Source: Candidatus Omnitrophota bacterium (lineage in GTDB: Bacteria > Omnitrophota > Gorgyraeia > Duberdicusellales > 4484-171). Taken from it: a stretch of DNA of 64,000 nt. Both the position numbers and the translations under genes were made by a program. The notes under the pieces were generated by a model. The model was not told where the DNA came from. It ran no database searches and saw only the letters and a program-made list of their open reading frames with translations. Shown in pieces: positions 57,248 to 64,000 of the stretch. Numbering within the stretch: the stretch's first letter is position 1; the number at the start of each line of letters is the position of its first letter. The stretch is from assembly GCA_043823745.1 (NCBI GenBank), contig JBDRAN010000002.1, positions 6,296 to 70,295 of the forward strand, read 5' to 3'.

Positions 57248-58015
57248 ATGAAACCAAAAGTCTTGATTTTACGAACTGCGGGGACTAATTGCGACAAGGA
57301 AACGGAGTTTGCGTTTACCAACGCCGGCGCCAAGACGTATCTTGAGCATATTAATTATATCAAATGCCATACGCGCCTCGAGGATTATCAGATTATCGCG
57401 ATCCCCGGCGGCTTTAGCTACGGCGATGACCTTGGTGCCGGAAAAATTTTCTCTCTTGAATTATTGCTGTGGCTTAAGGATGCATTACGCGTTTTTATCG
57501 ACCGGGGAGGGCTTGCGATCGGTATTTGTAACGGTTTCCAGGTCATGGTAAAGACCGGCATGCTTCCGGACACCGATTTTACTCAAAAAGTAACACTTAC
57601 CTTTAATGATTCGGGGCGCTTTGAGGATCGCTGGACCTACGTGAAGGTCAGTCAACCGAAGGCGAGCGCCGTCAATATATGGCTCAAAGATTTACCGAGC
57701 GTGATTAACCTTCCGGTTGCGCATGGCGAGGGAAAGTTCTATGCGTCAGAGAAAATTTTAGATACAATACAGAATAACGGCCAAATCGTTTTGCAGTACT
57801 GCGATAGCGCCGGTAAACCGGCCGGTTATCCGTTTGATCCCAACGGTTCCTGCCGGCATATTGCCGGCATTACGGATGCAACCGGGCGCATCTTTGGCCT
57901 TATGCCTCATCCGGAACGTTTTATTTTTAAGCATCATTGGCCGCATTGGAAGGAAGGCGAGCGGCCGGCGTATGGCCTTAAAATTTTTGAAAATAGTGTT
58001 GCTTATTTTACGTAA
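57248..58015 (+). CDS. purQ: Phosphoribosylformylglycinamidine synthase glutamine amidotransferase subunit
   Basis: MKPKVLILRTAGTNCD start with catalytic Cys (GICNGFQ) and His. 255 aa. Confidence 0.85.
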   Translation: MKPKVLILRTAGTNCDKETEFAFTNAGAKTYLEHINYIKCHTRLEDYQIIAIPGGFSYGDDLGAGKIFSLELLLWLKDALRVFIDRGGLAIGICNGFQVMVKTGMLPDTDFTQKVTLTFNDSGRFEDRWTYVKVSQPKASAVNIWLKDLPSVINLPVAHGEGKFYASEKILDTIQNNGQIVLQYCDSAGKPAGYPFDPNGSCRHIAGITDATGRIFGLMPHPERFIFKHHWPHWKEGERPAYGLKIFENSVAYFT

Positions 58016-58041
58016 TCCGACACGCGAAGCTTGAGTTTACG

Positions 58042-59289
58042 ATGAAAAATATTATTGCTATCTGCGCGGCGTGCGGGATAGGGATACTGGCGGTATCGGC
58101 CCAGCCGATTCTCCCGAAGAACAAAATACCCTTTGGTATTGGCCCCGGCATACGGCAGAACATAGAGAACTTATACCAAGAGTCAGCCGAAGCGCGCGCG
58201 GCGGCCATAATCAAGCTCGGCGATATGAAAGAAAAAGCTGCCGTTGCCGTGCCTTTTCTTGTTGAAATGCTTTCGGATAGTGGTTCGCTTAAACCCTATG
58301 GTATGGTGAGTACCAAAGCAGCTGAAGCGTTAGTAAAAATCGGCGCGCCCTCAGTTGAGCCCCTTATCGGGGTTTTAAAAAATTCCCGGGAACGCGTGGT
58401 GCGTTCCGCTGCTGCGTCAGCGCTCGGACAACTCCATGACGCGCGCGCGATTGAACCGTTGATCGAGTCCTTTCGTGGGGAAGATAGTTTATTCAGGCTC
58501 TATGTTGCAGAAGCGTTAGGCCAAATCGGAAAGCCTGCTATTGGGTCTTTGAGTGTCTTGTTGGAAAACCGGAATGAAATCATGCGTGAAGCAGCGACGG
58601 TTTCGCTTGGCCAAATCGCGATGTTTAAACGCGACACTCGCGCAGCGGAATATTTACTGATTTCGTTACGCGACGATGACGTTGCCGTGCGCCGGCAGGC
58701 AGCGGTAGCGCTTTATAATATTTCAGGTTGGTACAAAATGCCGGCTGCGATTGATGCTGCGATCGTTGCTCTTGAGGACGCGGATGCGGAGGTTGCCAGC
58801 TATTGCGCTCTTTCTTTAGGAGCCAGCGGAGCATACCAGGCCATTAACCCGCTTATTAAGGCGCTGGGCCGTAAAGGAAATGTTGAATCGGCTCAAGGGT
58901 TTATGAACTTTGATGTTTACGAGAACGCGGTAAACGCGTTGACAAAAATCGGTAAACCGGCGGCCAGCGTGCTTCGAGACGCGTTACACGACCGGGATAG
59001 ATATACGAGACAAGGCGCGGCCACGGTGCTTGGCCGGATCAAGGATCTGTATGCGATTGAGCCGTTGATCGGCGCTCTTGGCGACACCGAGGAGGGGGTG
59101 CGCCTGGCGAGTCGTGATGCACTTATTACGATCGGCGTTCCGGCTACCTGGCCGATCATTGTGGCGTTTAGAAGCGCCGAGGGTCCCGCGCAGCAGCTTA
59201 TCGCCGGGATATTGACAAAAATTACGGGGGAAAATTTAGGGCTTGATCAGGCAAAATGGTACGATTGGTATCAACGAAGGAATAACTGA
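58042..59289 (+). CDS. Secreted HEAT/PBS-lyase-type repeat protein
   Basis: Signal peptide, then about 8 HEAT-like repeats (RxxAAxALGxxxxxxAIEPLIxAL). Confidence 0.6.
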   Translation: MKNIIAICAACGIGILAVSAQPILPKNKIPFGIGPGIRQNIENLYQESAEARAAAIIKLGDMKEKAAVAVPFLVEMLSDSGSLKPYGMVSTKAAEALVKIGAPSVEPLIGVLKNSRERVVRSAAASALGQLHDARAIEPLIESFRGEDSLFRLYVAEALGQIGKPAIGSLSVLLENRNEIMREAATVSLGQIAMFKRDTRAAEYLLISLRDDDVAVRRQAAVALYNISGWYKMPAAIDAAIVALEDADAEVASYCALSLGASGAYQAINPLIKALGRKGNVESAQGFMNFDVYENAVNALTKIGKPAASVLRDALHDRDRYTRQGAATVLGRIKDLYAIEPLIGALGDTEEGVRLASRDALITIGVPATWPIIVAFRSAEGPAQQLIAGILTKITGENLGLDQAKWYDWYQRRNN

Positions 59290-59290
59290 T

Positions 59291-60688
59291 ATGTCAAGGA
59301 TTAAGGAATATTGCGGACTATTCGGTGTTTACAGCAGCGCTGAAGCGAGCCTTCTCGCGTTTCTCGGTCTTTATTCTTTGCAGCATCGAGGGGAGGAGTC
59401 ATGCGGTATTATTTCGTATGACGGCACAACCTTTAATGCACACCTGGGCATGGGCTTGGTAAGCGACGTTATCGATGAGAGTGCACTTGCGAAGTTAAAG
59501 GGGTTTCAGGCTATTGGTCACGTGCGGTATTCAACGACCGGTTCAAGCGCCCTGCGTAACGCTCAGCCGCTTTTTGTTGATTCAAATAAGATGCCACTCG
59601 CCTTGGCGCATAATGGTAACCTGGTGAATTCGCGCGAATTGCGCGCGAGCCTTGAGAATAAAGGCGCAATTTTTCAGACTACATCAGACTCTGAGCTTAT
59701 CCTGCATCTTTTGATGCGAGCGAAGGAGCCGTTATTTGAGGATAAACTTAAAAGTACCCTGCGAAAAATAAAAGGAGCATACTCGCTGCTTTTGATGAAT
59801 AAGGATTCAGTTATCGGAATACGTGATCCCTGGGGTTTTAGGCCGCTCTCTATCGGGAAGAAAGACGATGCTTTTTTTATTTCATCGGAAACGTGCGCGC
59901 TTGATCTGGTTGGAGCGACTCTGGTGCGGGATGTCGAGCCCGGAGAGATTGTAATTATCGATGCGAAAGGAATACGCTCCCTGCGGTATGTGCCACAGAA
60001 AAGAGCGCACGCGTTTTGCGCGTTTGAGCATGTTTATTTCTCGCGTCCTGATTCTGTCGTATTTGGTGAGACGGTGCATGTGGTCAGGGAAAATCTCGGC
60101 CGCCGACTTGCCCAGGAACACCCGGTAGAGGCTGATGCGGTTATCGGAGTCCCTGATTCCGGGACATCCGCGGCGCTGGGGTTTTCCCGGGAAGCCGGCA
60201 TTCCGCTTGAGATGGGGATTATCCGCAACCACTATATCGGACGCACGTTTATCCAGCCGCAACAGGAAAAGAGGGAATTTGGCGTTAAGCTCAAATTTAA
60301 TATTTTAAAAGAAGTCGTGGCAGGTAAGCGTATCGTTCTCGTTGATGATTCTATCGTGCGCGGGACAACATCGCGCATACGCGTTAAAAGTTTCCGCGAA
60401 ATGGGCGTCCGCCAAGTGCATCTGCGTATTTCCTGTCCGCCACATAGGTTTGGTTGTTTTTACGGTATCGATTTTCCTGATCCGCGTAAGCTTATCGCGA
60501 ATGAAAAAACAAATAAGCAGATCAAAGAGTATCTTGGCGTTGACAGTATCGGTTATCTAAGTATTGAAGGGATGCTGTCGTGTTTTAAAAATCCGCCAGC
60601 CTCGTATTGTACGGCGTGCTGGTCAGGAACGTATCCTGTGTGTTTTGCCGGGGCTGATAAATATGCGCTTGAGAAGGGGAGGCGATAA
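59291..60688 (+). CDS. purF: Amidophosphoribosyltransferase
   Basis: N-terminal Cys (MSRIKEYCGLFGVY), PRTase domain (VLVDDSIVRGTT) and C-terminal Fe-S cysteines. Start at ATG 59291, 2 nt after the previous stop. Confidence 0.85.
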   Translation: MSRIKEYCGLFGVYSSAEASLLAFLGLYSLQHRGEESCGIISYDGTTFNAHLGMGLVSDVIDESALAKLKGFQAIGHVRYSTTGSSALRNAQPLFVDSNKMPLALAHNGNLVNSRELRASLENKGAIFQTTSDSELILHLLMRAKEPLFEDKLKSTLRKIKGAYSLLLMNKDSVIGIRDPWGFRPLSIGKKDDAFFISSETCALDLVGATLVRDVEPGEIVIIDAKGIRSLRYVPQKRAHAFCAFEHVYFSRPDSVVFGETVHVVRENLGRRLAQEHPVEADAVIGVPDSGTSAALGFSREAGIPLEMGIIRNHYIGRTFIQPQQEKREFGVKLKFNILKEVVAGKRIVLVDDSIVRGTTSRIRVKSFREMGVRQVHLRISCPPHRFGCFYGIDFPDPRKLIANEKTNKQIKEYLGVDSIGYLSIEGMLSCFKNPPASYCTACWSGTYPVCFAGADKYALEKGRR

Positions 60689-61695
60689 TGGCTCGATTAA
60701 CCTATAAGGATTCAGGCGTTGACGTACGCAAGGCAGATCATTTTGTGCGCGGCATTAATGGATTTTTGACATCGAGCGCGTTAAGTGAAATCGCGGCGTT
60801 TGGTTGCCCTTTTGATTTGGGGCCGGCGCTTAAAAAATATAAAAATCCGGTTTTAGTTTCATCGACCGACGGCGTGGGGACAAAATTAAAAATTGCTCAA
60901 GTCTTTGGGAGCCACGGCACGGTTGGTATTGATTTGGTGGGTATGAACGTGAATGACGTTATATGTTTGGGGGCTCAACCGCTCTTTTTCCTTGATTATG
61001 TTGCCTGTGGTCGTCTGAAGCCAAAGATCCTCCACGCGGTTGTCAGGGGAATTCATGCGGGTCTTCTCCAGGCGGGGTGCGCGCTTATTGGCGGGGAAAC
61101 CGCGGAGATGCCCGGGATGTACGATGAGAATGAATATGATTTGGCGGGGTTTTGCGTCGGCATGGTGGAGCGCAATGCGATGGTTACCGGAAGCAGGATG
61201 CTTCCCGGAGACATCATCATCGGTTTGGCCTCAAGCGGCCTGCACTCAAACGGCTTTTCGTTAGCGCGCCGGGCGTTGGGTGCGCGCGGTATGCGAAAGT
61301 ATAGTGCCGAGCTTCTGGCCCCTACGCGTATTTACGTAAAACCGATTTTACGTACGTTGGCCTCGTTACGGGCTGCCTCAAAGACCGTGAAGGGTATCGC
61401 GCATATAACCGGAGGAGCATTCTACAGCAAAGCTACTAAAATTGTACCTTCGGGCTTGGGTATGGTGGTGCGTAAGGGGTCCTGGCCCGTTCCGGATATT
61501 TTTAAACGCATTCAGGAGTATGGCGCTATCGAGGAACGTGAGATGTACTCGGTGTTTAATATGGGTATCGGCATGATGATGGTTGTAACAAAAAAGCAGG
61601 CAGAATCGGTGGTTAAGAAACTTACGCATCAGAAATGCAAATCCTGGGCTATCGGGGAGATAGTGAAAAGCGACACTAAGATGCGCATAGAGTAA
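60688..61695 (+). CDS. purM: Phosphoribosylformylglycinamidine cyclo-ligase
   Basis: MARLTYKDSGVDV start and AIRS domains. 335 aa. Confidence 0.85.
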   Translation: MARLTYKDSGVDVRKADHFVRGINGFLTSSALSEIAAFGCPFDLGPALKKYKNPVLVSSTDGVGTKLKIAQVFGSHGTVGIDLVGMNVNDVICLGAQPLFFLDYVACGRLKPKILHAVVRGIHAGLLQAGCALIGGETAEMPGMYDENEYDLAGFCVGMVERNAMVTGSRMLPGDIIIGLASSGLHSNGFSLARRALGARGMRKYSAELLAPTRIYVKPILRTLASLRAASKTVKGIAHITGGAFYSKATKIVPSGLGMVVRKGSWPVPDIFKRIQEYGAIEEREMYSVFNMGIGMMMVVTKKQAESVVKKLTHQKCKSWAIGEIVKSDTKMRIE

Positions 61696-61811
61696 AGCGC
61701 ACCGCGCATCTGTCTGTAGCTGACAGCCCTACAGGCTTTCAGCCTGTTGGGTAGATAGGGAAGCAGGTTGGTGTGTATGTGTTTGGGCTATGCAAAAAAG
61801 AGGAGGGGAGT

Positions 61812-62687
61812 ATGAGTTTATTTTATTTACTCGGTATTGCTATTGTTGTTATTTTTTTTTCAGGCATCAGGATTGTGAGGCCAACGCACCGGGCGCTTAT
61901 CGAGCGCTTAGGTAAATACAACCGTTTCGCTAATGCCGGTTTTCATTGGATTGTTCCGGTTATAGAGCATATTTATTTAGTTAACGTCACTGAACAAATG
62001 GTGGATGCTGAGCCGCAGGAGATTATTACTAATGATAATTTGAATGCCAAGGTTGACGCGCAGGTTTATTTTAAAGTAAAAGCTGATGAAGCGAGCGTCA
62101 AAAGCTGCCAGTATAACGTAAATAATTATCAGTGGCAGATTGTAAATTTGGCGCGTACAACCCTAAGGAATATTATCGGCACTTTGACGTTAAAGTCAGC
62201 GAACAGTGAGAGAGGTAAGATCAATGCGGAGTTACACAGGACACTATGCGATGAGACTGCAAGTTGGGGTTTAGAGATCGTTCGCACAGAGTTAAAAGAG
62301 ATTGATCCTCCTAAGGATGTTCAAGAGACGATGAATAAAGTAGTTAAGGCAGAAAATGAAAAGATTGCTGCGGTTGATTACGCTACTGCTACTGAAACTG
62401 TTGCTGACGGACAAAAGAGAGCAGAAATAAAAAAAGCAGAAGGCATCAAGCAGGCGAATATTCTATCGGCAGAAGGTGAGGCAGCGGCAATACGCATGGT
62501 CAATGAGGCTGCGGAAAAATATTTTGTGGGTAATGCCCAACTGTTGCGGCGGCTTGAGATGGTAGAGAAATCTCTTCAGCATAATGCGAAAATAGTAGTT
62601 CCTTTGAACTCTGACTTAGTAAACGTTATCGGTGAAATGGCGGGCGTTCTGCCGATAGTAAAGAAAGAGGAACGGAAGGATAAGTAA
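61812..62687 (+). CDS. SPFH/Band 7 (stomatin/prohibitin-like) membrane protein
   Basis: N-terminal TM helix and SPFH core (GIRIVRPTHRALIERLGKY...). Start at ATG 61812 with AGAGGAGG upstream. Confidence 0.75.
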   Translation: MSLFYLLGIAIVVIFFSGIRIVRPTHRALIERLGKYNRFANAGFHWIVPVIEHIYLVNVTEQMVDAEPQEIITNDNLNAKVDAQVYFKVKADEASVKSCQYNVNNYQWQIVNLARTTLRNIIGTLTLKSANSERGKINAELHRTLCDETASWGLEIVRTELKEIDPPKDVQETMNKVVKAENEKIAAVDYATATETVADGQKRAEIKKAEGIKQANILSAEGEAAAIRMVNEAAEKYFVGNAQLLRRLEMVEKSLQHNAKIVVPLNSDLVNVIGEMAGVLPIVKKEERKDK

Positions 62688-62902
62688 GGTCTAATGAGAC
62701 TTACGCTTTTTTTAAGCTGTAAGCGCTAAAAAAAGTGTGTAGTCGCGTTAGTTCCATTTTTGCCTCAATTGATATTTTCGCAATTTCAGGAAATTGCGAG
62801 GGAAACATATCGGGTGCAAAAATGGGATCAATTCGCGCAGGTGACTTATGAGCACTCACCTGTGTTCGCTCCATAAGTCACGCGCTCATTGAAGGAGGTT
62901 AT

Positions 62903-63154
62903 ATGGAGTATTCACCGTATGCTTTTATAGGGGCATATATGGGCATTATGGCATTCATGGCAGCGTCAATAACGATGGCGGCCGCAGCGATTGCGATAGC
63001 GTTTCTTTCAGCGAACCGCGAGAGGATCAATCCCGTCATTCTTTGGATTCTTAGGATTATTTGTTGGATAGCATTGTTGATCGGGGCAGCGTATACATTC
63101 TCAAGTTTGTACAACGTTGTCGCTCAACTCATTCTTAATTTTAAAAAAGCCTAA
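62903..63154 (+). CDS. Small two-TM membrane protein (hypothetical)
   Basis: 83 aa, hydrophobic. Strong SD GAAGGAGG upstream. Confidence 0.5.
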   Translation: MEYSPYAFIGAYMGIMAFMAASITMAAAAIAIAFLSANRERINPVILWILRIICWIALLIGAAYTFSSLYNVVAQLILNFKKA

Positions 63155-64000
63155 ATGAAAGTTTTAGTTATTGGTTCAGGCGGCAGGGAGCATGCGATTG
63201 TTTGGAAAATCGCTCAATCAAAGTTACAGCCTACAATTTTTTGCGCTCCCGGCAACGGCGGTATCGCTGATATCGCGACCTGCATTGATATCAAGGCGGA
63301 TGATGTCAGGGCCTTGTGTGATTTTGCTAAAGTTGAGCATATTGACTTGACTGTGGTGGGGCCGGAAGCGCCGCTTGCGCTTGGTATTGTTGATGAGTTT
63401 ACAAAGCATTCGTGTGCGATATTTGGGCCGAGTAAAGCCGCGGCAGCGCTTGAAGGCAGTAAGGTTTTCGCAAAAGAGTTTATGGCACGCTGGAAGGTGT
63501 CCACCGCTGATTTTAAGGTTTTTACTGATGCCGTCGCGGCGCACGAATACATCGCCCGGCGCGGTGTTCCCTGTGTAGTTAAGGCAGATGGTCTTGCGGC
63601 GGGAAAAGGCGTTGTGGTTGCCGAGAATCTTGACGAGGCGCATGAGGCCGTGGCCGCTATGATGGAGAAAAAAACGTTTGGGATAGCAGGCTCAAAAGTT
63701 ATCATTGAGGATTGTCTGGTGGGCGAAGAAGCTTCGATTATTGCGATTGTGGACGCGCACACGGTCATGATGCTTGCTTCAAGCCAGGACCATAAGCGTG
63801 TCTTTGACGATGATAAAGGCCCTAATACCGGCGGTATGGGTGCGTATTCTCCGGCGCCGATGGTAAGCGAAGAGGTGCTGGGGTGTATACACGCTACCGT
63901 GATCGAACCAATCATCCGGGGATTACGCCAGGACGGCGTTGTGTATCGCGGTGTTCTGTACGCAGGCATTATGCTTACCGCGGCCGGCCCGCAGGTCCTT
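63155..64000 (+). CDS. purD: Phosphoribosylamine-glycine ligase, N-terminal 282 aa (runs off the window end)
   Basis: MKVLVIGSGGREHAIVWKIAQS start and an ATP-grasp region (VVKADGLAAGKGV). No stop in the window, so it is absent from the ORF track. The antisense track ORFs 63214-63969 are its shadows. Confidence 0.85.
   Translation, partial: MKVLVIGSGGREHAIVWKIAQSKLQPTIFCAPGNGGIADIATCIDIKADDVRALCDFAKVEHIDLTVVGPEAPLALGIVDEFTKHSCAIFGPSKAAAALEGSKVFAKEFMARWKVSTADFKVFTDAVAAHEYIARRGVPCVVKADGLAAGKGVVVAENLDEAHEAVAAMMEKKTFGIAGSKVIIEDCLVGEEASIIAIVDAHTVMMLASSQDHKRVFDDDKGPNTGGMGAYSPAPMVSEEVLGCIHATVIEPIIRGLRQDGVVYRGVLYAGIMLTAAGPQVL

Noticed and set aside
63214-63969. 251-aa and 139-aa ORFs on the minus strand
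   Set aside because: They lie antisense to a clear PurD N-terminus (MKVLVIGSGGREHA...) on the + strand that runs off the window end. They are Ala/Ser/Pro-rich shadow ORFs.

Overview
This window is a gene-dense bacterial chromosomal segment (about 59 protein-coding genes, no rRNA, tRNA or CRISPR recognised by eye) in which every confident gene lies on the + strand. Most of the window is conserved housekeeping. It opens with a cdsA-dxr-rseP-ispG block, then proS-rimP-nusA-infB, trpS, scpA, ruvB, tgt, trmD-rplS, rnhB-yraN, a folate pair (cyclohydrolase-like protein and folD), guaB-like/guaA, an intein-containing dnaE, hisS-aspS, phoH/7TM-HD/ybeY, recO, queF, polX, apbE, panB, and a purB-purL-purQ-purF-purM-purD purine cluster. 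Two AT-rich accessory islands interrupt this core. Island 1 (about 27.7-36.0 kb) holds a fatty-acyl-reductase-like SDR, a homolog of cyanobacterial acyl-ACP reductase (AAR), a SAM-dependent methyltransferase, two paralogous polytopic sensor histidine kinases, a stand-alone receiver and a small unknown protein, with roughly 95-bp direct repeats duplicating the AAR-like gene's promoter and first 17 codons. I read this as a candidate uncharacterised lipid-derived signal synthesis and sensing system and it is the most interesting locus in the window. Island 2 (about 47.7-51.0 kb) carries a protein with an HEPN-type Rx4H motif, several secreted or lipoproteins and a YkgJ-type CxxCxxCC protein. The dnaE gene contains an in-frame 452-aa intein with a LAGLIDADG homing-endonuclease core. 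Several intergenic spacers are built from short 'word' repeats in direct and inverted orientation, some shared between distant loci, and many genes lack a Shine-Dalgarno sequence but have a -10-like hexamer 6-8 nt upstream of the ATG, suggesting leaderless transcripts. Two aminoacyl-tRNA synthetases appear reduced, with ProRS lacking the editing domain and a bacterial-type AspRS lacking the GAD insertion. All assignments are from reading motifs in the translations; no database search was run.
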